In this document: piece after piece, positions 22,790 to 39,171 of the stretch | Layout of the letters: every line of letters begins with the position of its first letter | Position numbering within the stretch: the stretch's first letter is position 1 | NCBI RefSeq assembly: GCF_009914755.1 | Contig: NC_060935.1 | Direction: 5' to 3' (one strand) | Length of the DNA stretch: 64,000 bases | DNA from: the human T2T-CHM13v2.0 reference genome, Homo sapiens | Notes under the pieces: model-generated | Seen by the model: only the letters and a program-made list of their open reading frames with translations | Databases searched by the model: none | What the model was told of the DNA's origin: nothing | Program-made: the position numbers and the translations under genes

Positions 22790-23755
22790 TGTTAGGGAAT
22801 GTCACCATTATACAATAGCCAACTAAGCCAGAAACTGGAATGTCATTCTGCCTCCTTCCTTTCCCTCACCAGTGGCAACAAGTCAATCCAACCTGTGGAT
22901 TCTGCCTCCTAAATACTCTCCAGTGCCTTTACTTTCCTTAGCCTAGATTGCTGAAACAGTCTCCTAGCTGATCCCCTTGCTATCATTCAGCCTTGGTTCT
23001 GTCTCATTCCTTCTCTGCTCTGTAGCCAAGCTAAGTCCAATCACTACTCCCTACCCAATTTATAGTCTCCAGTGATTCTCTGACTTCAGGATAAAGTTTA
23101 AATCCTTAAATGTCACCCAAAATCCTTCTGGATCTATACCCTACTTACTACTTTTTCATTGTCTCTCACTACCACTCCCACCTTGAAATCTAGTGACGTT
23201 CATCACTTGGAATTTCCCAAATATGGCTCTTGCTTCTGGACCCTTGCATCTGTCACTTTCAGAGGCAGAGCCACATTTAAATACTTAACTTTTTTTAATT
23301 TTAATTTTTTTAATTTTAAAATTTCTAACTTTTTAAAATTTCAATTTGTAGTCTAATTTTAGACTTAAGGGATACAGATGCAGTTTTGTCACGTGAATAT
23401 ATTGCTTAGTGATGACGTCTGGGCTTTTAATGTAGCCATAGCCAAATAGTGTACATTGTACCCATTAAGTAATTTCTTATCCCTCACCCTCTCCCACCTT
23501 CTCAGCCTCCTGAGTCTCCAATGTTTGTCATTCCACTCTCTATGTCTTTATGTACATATTTTTTAGCTCCCACTTATAAGTGAAACATGATATTTGACTC
23601 TCTGTTTCTGAGTTATTTCACTCAGAAACAGAGTGGCCTCCAGTCCCATCCACCCAAAGGAAAAGAAATCATTGTTTCTGCCTGGAACATTCTTGCTCAT
23701 TGCTCATCCATCTTCTGTTCATTGTTCAGGAGTCAATTTAAATGTTACTGCAAGA
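22790..23755 (+). mobile_element. L2 remnant interrupted by an L1 3' end
   Basis: AAGCCAGAAACTGG..TCATTCTG..TCCTTCCTTTCCCTCACC and TCTGCCTGGAAC motifs. Confidence 0.6.
23290..23673 (-). mobile_element. L1PB/L1MA-type 3' end with a short terminal sense piece
   Basis: T-rich tail, GTGTACATTGTACCCATTAAGTAATTTC and TAGCTCCCACTTATAAGTGA. Confidence 0.75.
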
Positions 23756-23757
23756 TC

Positions 23758-23900
23758 TCTACTTTCAGTCATTTGACATTTCTGACAGCAGATGTATGGG
23801 GGGTTTTCCTGACATACCAAGCAATTCTCCAGTGGATTCTCCAGTGGACACTAGCTTGGGTGTTCTTTAATTCAATTCAAGTCTGACACTACCGACCTGG
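23758..23900. mobile_element. MER21-like LTR fragment
   Basis: CCAAGCAATTCTCCAGTGG...GGACACTAGCTTGGGTG...AATTCAATTC..CTGACACTA. Confidence 0.55.
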
Positions 23901-23904
23901 GCCA

Positions 23905-24090
23905 AATAGCATGATAAGTGCTGGAATATGACTGAGTCTGAGTCCTGCTTTGGCCTCTTGCTGGCTCTGTGCTCCAGGATAAGTTACCTAACTTTTCTAC
24001 AGTTTAGTTTCCTTGTCTGTAAACTTGTTAGTAATGACCTCAAAAGCTTTCTGAGGCATATACTAAATACTAAATCAGTATTAGCTATCA
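23905..24090 (+). mobile_element. MIR
   Basis: Core AAGTTACCTAAC..TCT..AGTTT..TGTCTGTAAA. Confidence 0.55.
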
Positions 24091-24919
24091 TTGTCATCCA
24101 CATTTTGTCATCATCAGTATCACACAATGATGTTCAGAGGTGTATGTATATTTGGGATTTCAATCTAGAATAGGGGTTAATAACTTGGGTCTTGGAGCTC
24201 AGGAGCATACAGGAGAAAACAATATATGACCAAAATTAGTCAGTATTAGGTGGAATATTGCCCAATTATCCCATGCATAGGTTTTCCCAGAAATCTTATC
24301 CATAAAAAACCACACACAATGAACCATGTCATAGATACTCTCATGACACAAGACAATTTCATAGAAATGTTTATCTTTAAGGACTTCAGGAACATGACTA
24401 AGAAATGGGTTAATGTTTTTATGTCATTTTTTGCCAATAATGGCAAAGCTGTTTTTATAACATATCATTAGGACATTTTTCTTGCAAGTTTTCTTTTTCC
24501 TCATGCATGGGCAGGGGCTTGGGGAAGCAAAGAGGAGTAAAAATGACTCTAAATAGCTTCTTATTCTTTTTTTAAAAACCATGCTGATTTCTGTATCCTG
24601 TGATTTCTGCTGTTATACATTCTGATGATGGGTAAATTACTGTAGCAATAACTTAGACCACTGTGTTCAACATAAGCTTTAGTTTGTGGCTTTTTTGTTC
24701 TTCATGTATTCCCTCAAAAACCCTAGAAAACATGAGCATAGAGAAGGTCTACAGGAAAAAACTAAAAAACCCATAAGCAATATTTTTTAATATTTTGAGA
24801 GATTAAAGATACCTTTTGGAAGTTTATTAAAAGCTATGGAGTCTCTCTCCAGAAAAATAAATGTGCCCATATAAAAAGAAATTGTTACACACAGTTCCGT
24901 GGGGTCCAAGGATCCTGCC

Positions 24920-25319
24920 ATACTTCATTCTGTCTACCATAACAAAACAATTACCATAAATTGTTACTACTACTATAACAAAGTATACCCTAAATTGAAT
25001 AGCTTATAAATAATAGATATGTATTACTCACAGTTCTAGAGGCTGGGAAATCCAAGATCTAGGATCCAGCAGATTTGTTGTCTGGTTAGGGCTTACTTCC
25101 TGGTTTATAGGTGGCATCTTCTTGCTGTATCCTCACATGGTGGAAGGGGCAAGGCAGCTCTCTGGGGCCAATTTTATAAGGGCATTTATCCCATTCATTA
25201 GGGTGGAGCTGTCATAGCCTAATCATCTCCCAGTGGCCCCCACCTCCTAGCACCATCACATTGGTGATTAGGTTTCAACATATGCATTTTGAGGGGACAC
25301 AAATATTCAGATTATAACA
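24920..25319 (-). mobile_element. MLT1A-like solo LTR
   Basis: CTCACAGTTCTAGAGGCTGGGAAATCCAAGATC...GGGGACACAAATATTCAG. Confidence 0.8.
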
Positions 25320-26541
25320 GACCCTTTGAAGCTTAGTATCCCCAGGTTAAACATCTATATTGTGGAAGACAAAATAAACCATAGGCCAACGTCGCACTGC
25401 GAAGATAATGCAGAAAATGTAGATGAGCAAGGCCCCTGATCCTTGGAGTGCAAATGTCTGTCCAGGCAAAAGACAGGACAGAGGCGCATTTATTTTTGTA
25501 TTGTTAATAAGAAGTTGAATAATGACCCATCTTCCTCTTGATAGCATCATTATTAAAAATACTGTGAATCTGAAGTAGAGATTATGATTATGTCAGAGCT
25601 TAATATTTGTAAGACCAATCATAGAAAGACTGATTAGATCTTCTTCAAGCCCATAAATGATACCAAATAAGAATGATTTAAAAGTTTCTGAACATCTAGT
25701 TTAAATCATTCATTGAACAAACATTCATTGTACAGCTGCAGCGTGCCAACAAAAGCTTATGGAGCTTGGGCTATTGTTCTAAGCTCACAAAACTAGCTAA
25801 TGGCAAAGCTGACCACTTTGTCCTAACTCCTGGTCTAGGACTTTTTCACTATATTATGTGCTCTCCTCAAAAGCATGTCATGATGAGATTAAGTTCACAG
25901 TCTGCCAAATATTACTTTTATTTAGAGCTATGCACTAACAGGAATATAGATCAATCAGTGTTTTTAAAGAGATAAATAAGGAATTCAAATTAAAAGCAAG
26001 ATTTCAAGACATGCAGTGCTTGCCATATGATCATTAAACTTATTCTAACTTATTTTGACCTGGTTTTCCCATTTGGCCTTAACTACAATTTACTTTTTCT
26101 CAATTCCATTCAGAGTAATTTTGCTCAATCCTCTGTTCCACAGAAAACTTTTTTCTCAGGTTACTTAGTGCACAGAAGTTTTTGTGGTCAAATAAATCTG
26201 GAAAATGTTCCATATAATATTCTCCTTTTGGTGTGTTCAAAAGCGTGTGAGAACATTACGGGCTCTGGGAAGACCTACAGTAAAATGTAATAGCAACAAA
26301 TTCTGTTTGACTCTAAAATCACTATACCTCAGAACACTTTTGAAATGTTAACATCTATGAAAATCTCGTGTGATGAATAATCTGCAGCACATGCTATGTA
26401 GAACTCTGCTGTAGATTTACAAGTCTTTAGTCTAAGCTCCCATTTCAAATGATTGTTGGAAATACATAGCCACTATTTTATGAAGGATTATTGCTTTGGC
26501 ATACCCACCTCTCATATTCAATTATGAAAACCATGCTAGCT

Positions 26542-29017
<2,476 letters not shown>

Positions 29018-29149
29018 GAAAACCGTGCTAGCTAAAACCACCTCTGTTTCTATTTCAAGCTTTTCTCTCTCAGTTATACTGGCTTGATGTCCTGTCAGGT
29101 TAACTCTATTCACAACCTTCACTCCACCATTTCCACTTCAGAAATCATT

Positions 29150-29540
29150 ATAAGGAAATAATCATGTATAAGAATAGTTTTTAAATGTATTAATTGTAAA
29201 AAAATAGTTAATAATAATTGGAAAAGACATAATATGTAATAATAGGGGAATGGATAAATAAATGATCATATGGTAAAATGTCATATAGCTATCAAAATCA
29301 CATTTTTCAAAGACTACTTAATGATGTGAAAAAGCCCATGTAATATTTTACTGACATATGTAATATACAACATTATATTGAGAGCGTCATTTCAATTTTA
29401 TAATATAAATATGGTTTTCAAACACATGCACACACACACATGTACATATATATCAAATCTTGAAGTAAATACCTTAAATTGATCAGGTATGTATCTCTGA
29501 GCAAACTAAGTTTTTCCTTTATATTTTTAAGTATTTTTAA
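29150..29540 (+). mobile_element. L1ME-like 3' remnant
   Basis: ATAGGGGAATGGATAAATAAAT...TATAGCTATCAAAA, highly diverged. Confidence 0.45.
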
Positions 29541-29760
29541 AGAAAAGTTTACCACACCCTCTTTCAACAATAACACAAAATTAACATGGAAATACTGGAC
29601 TTGAATTACACTTTAGGCCAAATGGGCCTAACAAACATATAGAATTTTTCATCCAACAGCAGCAGAATATACGTTCTTTTTTAGTACATATGGAACATTC
29701 TCCAGGATAGATCATGTTTTAGGCCACAAAACAATTTTTATTTTAAGAATATTTAAATCG

Positions 29761-30076
<316 letters not shown>

Positions 30077-33034
30077 TCATATGTAATATGGTTTCTGATT
30101 ACAATGTTATGAACTAGAAATTAATAACAGGAGAAATATGGAAAATTCACAAATATGTGGAAATTAAGCAACATGCTCCTGAACAACAAATGGATCAAAG
30201 CAGGACCCAAAAGGCAAATTTTAAAGTATCTTAAGACAGATGACAATGGAAACACAACATATCAAAATCTATGGGATGCAGCAAAAGCAGTCTAAGAGGG
30301 AAGTTTATAGCAATACACTCCTACATTAAAAAAGAAGAAAAATACCTCAAATAAATTGTCTTATGTTACACTTCATTATAGAGGAGCTAGAAAAAGAAAA
30401 ACAGACTTACCGCAAAGTTAGCAGAAGGAAGGAAATAAAAATCAGAACAGAAATAAATAGAAAATAGAAAAATAATAGAAAACAAATTAACAAAACCAAG
30501 AGTTGGTTTTTTGAAAAAGTAAAATCAACAAAACCCTAGCTAGACTAAGGAAAATAGAGAACACTCAATAAAATCAGAAATGAAAATGGAGACATTACAA
30601 AGATACATGAGAAATACAAAGAATCATAAAGGATTATTATGAAAAACTCTATGCAAATGAATTAGATAAACCAGAGACAATGGATAAATTCCTTAAAAAT
30701 GTAACTTCTCAAGATTCAGTCAGGAAGAAATAGAAAGCTTGAACATATCAATAACAAATAAAGAGATTGAAGAGATAACTAAAAACCTTCCAACAAAGAA
30801 AAGCCCAGGACCAGATGGATTCACTACTGATTACTGCCAAACATACAAAGAAGAATGATTACCAATAATTTTTAAATTCTTTCAAAAAATAGAGCTAGAA
30901 GTAATACCTCATACTTCTAAACACATTTTGACGAGGCCAGCATCACCTTGATACCTAAGCTAGACAGACATTGCAAGAAAAGAAAAACACGTGGCCAATA
31001 TTTCTAATGAACATTGATGCAAAAATCCTGAATAAAATAGTAGCAAACTGAATTCAACAACACATCAAAGAGACTATACATTATGACCATGTGGGATTTA
31101 TCCCTGCCTGCAAGACTGATTTAACATATGCAAATCAATCAGTGTGATACATCACACCAACAGAATAAAAAGTATAAACACTTGATCATCTCAATTGACT
31201 CAAAAAATATTAATATTTGACAACATTCAGCATTCTTTCTTGATGAAAACTCAACAGTTTAGGTATAGAAGGAATATTTCTAACATAATAAAGCCCATTT
31301 AAGAAAAACTAACAGTTAACATGATAATCAACAGGGAAAAATGGAAAGCTTTTCCACTAAGATCAGATACAAGACAGGGATGCCTGCTTTCACCACTTCC
31401 ATTCAACATAGTACTGGAAATACTGGCAAGAAAAATTACACAAGAAAAAGAAATAAAAGGTATGCAAATTGGAAAAGCAGAAGTAAAATTGTCTTTATTT
31501 TCAGATAATATGATTCTATAGGCAGAAAACCCCAAAGATTACATAAAAACTGTAAGAACTAATAAATGATTTTAGTAAAGTTACAGGGTACAAAATCAAC
31601 ATACAAATAGCATTTCTATACATACAAACAACCTTGCTAAAGAAAAAATTTTAAATTCCGTTTACAATAGCTTCAAAAAATAGCCAGGAATAAATTTAAC
31701 CAAGGAGGTGAAAGATTTGTACACTGAACACCATAAAACACTAATGAAAGAAATTGAACACAAATAAATGGAAAGGTATATCAATGTTCATGAATAAGAA
31801 GAATTAATATTGTTAATATATTCATACTACCCAAAGCAATATACAGATTTAACATAATCGCCATCAAAATTCTAATGGTGCTCTTCACAGAAAAAGAAAA
31901 AATTCTAAAATTCATATGGGACTACAAAAAAATCGCCAATAGCCAAATAAATACAAATAAAAGTTGGAGGCATCACATCTTGATTTAAAATTATGTTACA
32001 AAGCTATAGTAATCAAAATAGCATAGTACTGGCATAAAAACAGAAATATAGACCAAGGGAACACAGAATAGAAAGCCCAGAAATAAATTCAAACATATGT
32101 GGACAACTAATTTTCAGCAAGGGCATCAAGAAGTCACGAAGGGGAAACAATAGTCTCTTTAATAAATAATGTTGGGAAAACTGTATTTCTACATGCAAAA
32201 GAATGAAATTCAACCCTTAGATCATACACAGAAATCAACTCAAAATGGATGGATAAAAGACCTAAATAAATGTAAGACTTGAAGCTCTAAAATTCCTAGA
32301 AGAAGACATAGGAGAAAAGCTCCTTGATCTTGGACTTGACAATGATTTTTTCTTTAATATCACACTAAAAGCTCAGGTACCAAATAAATAAGTAAATAAA
32401 TAATGGGACTACATTAAACTAAAAATCTGCACAGCAGAGACCACAATCAACAAAATGAAAAAGAAACCTTCTGAACTGGAAAATAATAATTGCAAGCCAC
32501 TTATCTGATGAGGGGTTAATATCCAAAATTTATAAAGAACTTTTACAATTCAATTGCAGGAAAACAAACAACCTGATTTTAAAATGGCCAAAGGACCTGA
32601 ACAGACATTTCCCTAAAGAAGATGTGAAGATGGCCAGCAGGTATGTGAAAAGATACTCTGCAGCACTAATCACAAGGGAAATGCAGATTAAAACCACTAT
32701 GAGATATCACCTCACACCTGTAAGGGTGGCTATTATCAAAAAGATTAGGGATAAGAAATGTTAATGAGGGTATGGAGAAAGGGGAACTGTAGTATATTGC
32801 TGTTAGTAATGTAGATTGGTATAGCCATTATGGAAAACTGTAGGGAGTTTTCCAGAGAAATTAAAAATAAAACTACCTTATGACTCAGCAGTCTGTCTTC
32901 TGGGTATATACCCAAAGGAGATGAAATTACCACCTCATAAGGATGTGTGCATGCCCATGATTATTGCAGCATTATTTACAATGGTCAAAATATGGAAATG
33001 AATGCCTGGAACAGAGGAATGGATAAAGAAAATG

Positions 33035-33123
33035 TTATATATAATATATGAAAATGTTATATATATATAAAGGAGAGACAGAGAGAGAGAGAGAAAGAGA
33101 CCAAACGAGAGAGAGAGAGAGAG
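33035..33123. repeat. (TA)n/(GA)n microsatellite within the L1 3' region
   Basis: Direct reading. Confidence 0.85.
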
Positions 33124-34659
33124 CTCACATTTTCTGTTATGGTGATATATAATTAAGGTGATACATATATCACTTTCCATAATATCAGAATATACATGGA
33201 ATAATGGAAGGTTATTCAGCCTTAAAAAGAGATTCTGACATTTGCCACAATATGGCTGGAACTGGAAGACATTACACTAAGTAAAATAAACGAAACGCAG
33301 AAAGAAAACTATTGCATGACTTCACTGATATGTGGAATATATTAAAAAGAGAGCTTAGAAGCACAGGGACAGAGAATGAAACATTGGTACCATGGGTGGA
33401 GGTCAGAGGGGAGGAGATGGGGAGATTTAGTTCAAGAATATACAATAGCTGATGCATAGAATGAACAAGTCTGGAGAGCTAAAGTACAACATGAGGACTC
33501 AAGTTAAAAAATTGTATGGTATTAGAGATCTTGTTAAATGAGTAAATTTTAACTGCTCCTGTCACATATACAATAGTAACTATGTGAAATGATATATATA
33601 TATTAATAGGCTTCACTATAGTAACCATTATACTATCTATATATATCTATGTATCTATATGCATAAAATGTAATACATCCCATAATATCATTTGTAAACT
33701 TCAACTATACACAATAAAATTCATTAAAAGTTTTTTTAGAACAAATATGTTTTCCTTTTGAGACAAAAAAATACTACTAAATAAGTGGTTTTCCATCTTT
33801 GTCTCAAACTGGAATACCCATTTATACCCATTTAATACCATTTATATATGGGCTCAGTTAGCCATCATATCTATTTCATCAAAACAGATATTTAGTAGTT
33901 TTTATTCTTTGCCTCTTAATTACCATTCTTACCTCCTCATTTAATTTTAGCTTCCCTGAAAATGATAGTATTCCTTCCCTAAATTTGTTTAAAATTCCTT
34001 TTTACAAACTAAACTTTTGGACTAAGATGTTTCATAAACTGATTTTGGAAAGACACATTTCCACTTAAAAAAAGATTTATATTCGTTTCCTGCGAGATAT
34101 AATTTTTACAGGTAAAACAAAATAATGTATATGCAAATCTGCACAGTTTTTTCTCCACATAGAAAACACTCTTATTGAAATAAAAGGATGAAATGGGTCT
34201 CACGTTCTAATACTAATGACTTATGAATTGCTGAGCATTTGTACTGCCCCTTTTCTTCTGACTCTAGAAATGGTAATTTTCATGGAAGAGAAAGGGTTGG
34301 TCAGATGGATTGAAGGAATAGGAGGCAATGTCTCTTAGCTATTCTAATGAACATCTTAATGTGGCTCATACTAGACAATAAACCTACTGGCCTAATATCA
34401 GAATTTAAAATAGGCTAGTGACTATCAGTGCACTCACTACTCACTTAGACATTGTTTCAACTAGAGAGAAAAAATTTTAAAGAAAGATAGTCAAATCTCT
34501 GGATTCTTATTCTTTTCCGTGGTCCCTCTAATCTAGTCTTCTTGCTGTGGCAGATTTTCTAGAATTTATGTTCCGTATCATGTAGTGCAGAGTTTCTTAA
34601 CATTCCTATTTGTGCACTAATAGTTATATGCATTGTTTCAAAGTCCAAGGCATTATATT

Positions 34660-35150
34660 ATCCATCAGTCTAACCAAGAAAGTGGAAATGACTTTAAGAC
34701 TTTTCAACACAGTGAATTTTATTCAGAGAAATTATTATACAGGTGATGAAGTTGGTGAGGATCAAAGAGGGAATGTTAAGGCAAACCAAAGTTAAACAGC
34801 AGCAACCACAGTTGTATGCTGGAAAGATAAAAAAATGTAGGCAGTGTTACTGCTCAGGAGCAGTGGTCACCTGATGGAACCTGGAGCTAAGACAAACTTG
34901 CCAAGCAATGAAAGCAAGGAGCAGGAAACATACAGGGGAAGCAACTTCTGAGAAGGTACTTCTTAATTCAAACAAGCAGAAAGAGAAATACCCTAACTTC
35001 TCTTTCCGAACCTGTTCAATCTCCTGCCAGTGCCTCCCTCTGTTAAAACTCAATTAGAAGACAGCTTATCTGGGATGCTGGGAAATATAGACTGCAGGGC
35101 TCCGTTCTTCCCCCAGCCTATGATAGATAGAGACCTAATCTGAAGAGGGG
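34660..35150. mobile_element. Ancient ERVL-type LTR remnant (LTR33-like)
   Basis: Recalled similarity (CCAAGAAAGTGGAAA...TTCAACACAGTGAATTT; CTCCTGCCAGTGCCTCCC). Confidence 0.35.
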
Positions 35151-36094
35151 CAAGGAATAGAGCCAACACACCCAAGCTCCCAGCCACAGCATCTATGGCA
35201 ATATTAATTGTTTCAAAGTTTAAAGCATTTTCTCAGAGGTTCTATGTAGTTTCAACTATTTGATGCCATGTTTCAATGGTTCTACAATGTCAATTTTTTG
35301 TTTAGTCGTTTATTTTTTGTTTTTGAGAACTTCACAGAACTATTTGGTGAGGAAAATAGGAAACTAGACAAATCTTTTGAAAATAGAAATTATCTAATGC
35401 AGTTCTTGCTGATATCATCATAGATACTTAGGCATTTAATTGAAAGATGCCATCAAAATGACTTTTGAAGTGTTTACTTTTCCAAGATTATAAGCCACAG
35501 AAAGCTTATCTTCCTGCTAGCATAGACTGCTATTGTAGTAGATTCTTAATCCGAAAAATATGATGAAAAGAAAATACATTGTGTTGTGAAAGCTATTTGA
35601 AGCTTGCATTGCTGTAGGACTAACTGTAGAAGATTCCTTAAGATTCAGAAAATCAAGAAAACCCAACAGGAACTTAAATGCTTGAATCCTTATCTCTACT
35701 ATTGTGGATCATGTCATTGGGCACTCCAGAAAATTAATATGTTTTGAAGTGGATGAAATATATGATTAAATCCCAGAGTAGGGTGAGTATGACATAATAA
35801 TGCTTGACAAGTTCTTGAAGACTTTAAATAGCAAGCAAGGGAGAAATGGTTTTCTGTAGTATATAGAGTTAGAACTTGCAGTGCCAAAATGGAATTGGCG
35901 AATGGAAACATCTGAATGACTTTCTAGAAATATTTTCTAATGGAGTCATAGTTAGGACAGTAGATTTGGTTATCTAGGGGGAAGTAGCTAGAGCAGTTTT
36001 TGAAGAAAATAAAAGAAAAGGTATCTGAGAACACACCACAGGGAATATAGCTATGAATCCAGCTATTATTAGCTATTTTCTTAGTTCCAGCATT

Positions 36095-36292
36095 AGAAAT
36101 GGAAATGTTACATTTGCACAGTGCTTTTCAATGAAGAATATGTATACACATTATCTTATTCAATCATCAGGTGAGAAAATAGTTTCAGAGAGGTCAAAAA
36201 TGACTTGTTCAAAGTGGCACAACTGGTGAGTGTTAGAGCTAGGTCTCCAACCCATGCTCTCATTCAACCTTCAGTACTCTTTCTACTACAGT
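36095..36292 (-). mobile_element. MIR
   Basis: TCAGAGAGGTCAAAAATGACTTGTTCAAAGTGGCACAACTGGTGAGTG. Confidence 0.7.
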
Positions 36293-36574
36293 ACAGAGCC
36301 TTGGGAATGGGAAGAGTCACTCACAACAAATAGAAGCTATAGTTGATACTGGAAGAGTTGATTTGATGAAGTCTACATCAATTCCTTGAGCTGATATAGA
36401 CTTAGGTATAAGAAAAGGATAATAGCATCTCCTTCTAAACATCTAGGGAGCTGTAGTAGCCAGGATTCTTGATGTTAGAAAATAGAATCCATGTTAGGTA
36501 GCTTAGGCAGAAAGGGGTTTATTATAGGATACAAGGTAGCTTACAGAATTTACAGGAGGGAGAAAGAACTAAGC

Positions 36575-37242
36575 AGTCTTACTTGTAAAATTTGTGGGGC
36601 CTGAGATAAAAGTACAAGTAGAGACACACATAACATATGTCTAAATACTTAAAAGTTAAATCTAATCTTCAAATCGTTAAATAAAATATTTACTATTCTC
36701 CTTTGAGAAATGTACCTCTGAAATTACCTGGAAAGTCCAGATTGACTTTACAATAGACTTCTCTGGGTTTCTCACCCAAGCGTAGTACCTTGGGGAAAGC
36801 ATAGCCTCAGCTCCCAACCCATGTTCCCGGCCCTTCTCTGCCCATCTCTGGCTTCATTCTGTGCTGCAAGCACCTTGTGTGCCTGTGTGTGCAGACTATA
36901 GCCCACGTGTTCAAGCTCTATCTATACCCCTGGCAACAAGTTGCCCTGTGGTCACTGTCAGATCTAAAGGTGCCCACACTGGTGGAGTGGGACACTCTGA
37001 GAAAAATGGTCCCAGGGAAGAGATCCACACAGACCCTGGAAGCAAGCTCAGGGCCATTTGGGTAAAGAATATGGGTCCATGTTTCCTGGGGCACCATCTG
37101 GGGCTAGAGCTCCAATTAAGTATGTCCCCTTAGTCTCACATACTCCTCACTCCATGTAAAGGTTCTGAAGTCAGTGAGAAACCTCTAACATGTTGGGTCC
37201 AGAACAGGAGCCTCTCTTGCCTGTATCTAAGAGTGAAACCAG
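36575..37242. mobile_element. Probable old hAT-type DNA transposon remnant
   Basis: Recalled similarity (TTTGTGGGGCC..AAAGTACAA..CATATGTCTAAATA.TTAAAAGTTA); family not assigned. Confidence 0.35.
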
Positions 37243-38771
37243 GTATAGGTGAATTGCCCATTCAGAAATAATTCAGCCCAGTAAATTGCCCAAACACCAT
37301 AAGGGACTTGTTAAAAATAAATCTGGCTTCCACAGATACTTTGCTCTTTTGTAGCTCTGATACCAGAGACTGGACTGTCAAACTTTGCTCCCAGCTGCCT
37401 CAGGAGAAACAAATTCTTCTGACCCTGTGTTTGCCAGGAGTTCCAATCTCTTCCTGCAAGGCCACCATCTCTTGATGGAACCTAAAACAGGGTAGAAACT
37501 TAGCTGAAAATGCAGTTTGGTCTTTACAGTTTCTATTACTTAGGAAGACAAATTAGATGTAGATTGAAATGTGTGACCACAGGAAACCCAAACCTCTGTA
37601 ACATCTTTGGAAAGAATCATTTATTGAGATAAAAATAGAAACAACTTGGATACTACTGCTTTACCTCCCCACCCATGCCTTCTGTAATAAAACCACCACT
37701 GTGGATTTATTAATCACAGCTATTTGGAGAACTCTGTTGTAAATGATTCTGAGGCTATGTCTGGCCTTAGTGAGAAAAAGCACTTTCTTGATTTTTTATA
37801 TCTTCCATGGTTATGGGAGAGAACAGGGGTGTTGTACATGCCATCTCTGGAGGCAGGACTATGTCTTAGACTTATGTAAAAGGCATAAAAAGCATTCCAT
37901 CCAGCAGAATTCTTATCTCAAGTTTGCTCTGATTTTGGTGACCCTGATTTTTCCATTGTTAGTATTTGCAAAAAGAATAATGCAAAATAAAATATCACTT
38001 ATGGTAGTATTTGCTCCATATTTTAAGTCCCAATCTATTGTCTTTGTCTTCCAGGTTCAATAGTTCAGTAATATTGGATGGCAATTATTTGATTTCTTGA
38101 GAATCTGGCTCAAGGGACTCGAAGATAAATCAAATCACAAAAAGCTCAGATTGTTAGATTAGAATAATGTCTTCTTAAGTGGTCGGCTGAAATATGATTT
38201 AAACTTTGTCAATGCACATGCTAACATATGTTACATATGATTGGCAGTAGGCAGTAGCATAGATAAGTCTGGAGTCATATGTTTGAGGTTGGAGTGGCAG
38301 TGTGTAATTTTTCTTGGAGGGGGTGGCAGATTTATCTACCTAATTTTGTTAAACTTAGGATAGTATTAGCATAATGCCTTTGTGTTTCCTGAGTGTGACT
38401 CCCTGGCCACTGAGGGGCAGGTGGCTGAGGATTAAAATTGGAACATGACCAATGTACAGTCAAATGTCAACTATCTATCTGGAACATTAAGGAAATGAGT
38501 TGTTCTGGTTACAAAGTTCATATGTATAAAAATAGGTTCATCTAAACTATTTTTGGTGAACATCTTTGAAAATATATATATACTTCCCTGCTTTATTAAA
38601 TAGAACATTCTAATTTGATCTTATCTTGATGACTCAATCATAAATTATTCTAACAGGCTTTAATAGAGCCTATTGAGTGCAGGGCTCTGTGTTTGAACCT
38701 GTGGGGGATCCGGTTTGGAGTTCTGGTATCAAGTTTTCAGAGTTTTTCTGTCCTCTTCATCAACTCTCAGG

Positions 38772-38824
38772 CTGCCAGCTGTCAGTCTTTGATACTGCCA
38801 GCTGTCACTCTTTGATACTGCCAG
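38772..38824. repeat. 23-bp tandem repeat, about 2.3 copies (CTGCCAGCTGTCA[G/C]TCTTTGATA)
   Basis: Direct reading. Confidence 0.9.
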
Positions 38825-39171
38825 TGTATGTCTCTCTGATGACCTGCTGCCTCTGGGATTCCTTGAACTGGGAAACCAGACAATCACGCTCGTTAAACTT
38901 GTGCCTAAAATACAAGCAAATTGACTCCAACTGTTACCTCCAGGAGCGTTCTTGTGAGAAAGGTCCACGAGCTTTATTATAGCACCTTTGCCTGATCAGT
39001 GGCCCATTTTACTTTCTTTCTTTATGTCTCAGTAAAATGGGATTGCTGGATTACTGAGTTTCATGTAGGTGAAGTGCTTCTTTTCAGTGGGTCTATTTTG
39101 AAGATGGATGATAGAATATTGACTAGAGGTTGGATGCCATAGTTAGATGGGGCTAATGAAAAACCTAGCCA

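Noticed and set aside
20012-22790. Longest repeat-poor stretch, searched for exons and small RNAs
   Set aside because: No recognisable snRNA, snoRNA, tRNA or coding signal by eye; conservation data would be needed.
23824-23847. 12-bp tandem ATTCTCCAGTGG x2
   Set aside because: Trivial slippage or an inherent feature of the MER21-like LTR.
37300-37510. Minus-strand acceptor TTTCTACCCTGTTTTAG| at 37482
   Set aside because: No good paired donor, and it probably lies in an LTR remnant; isolated sites are common by chance.
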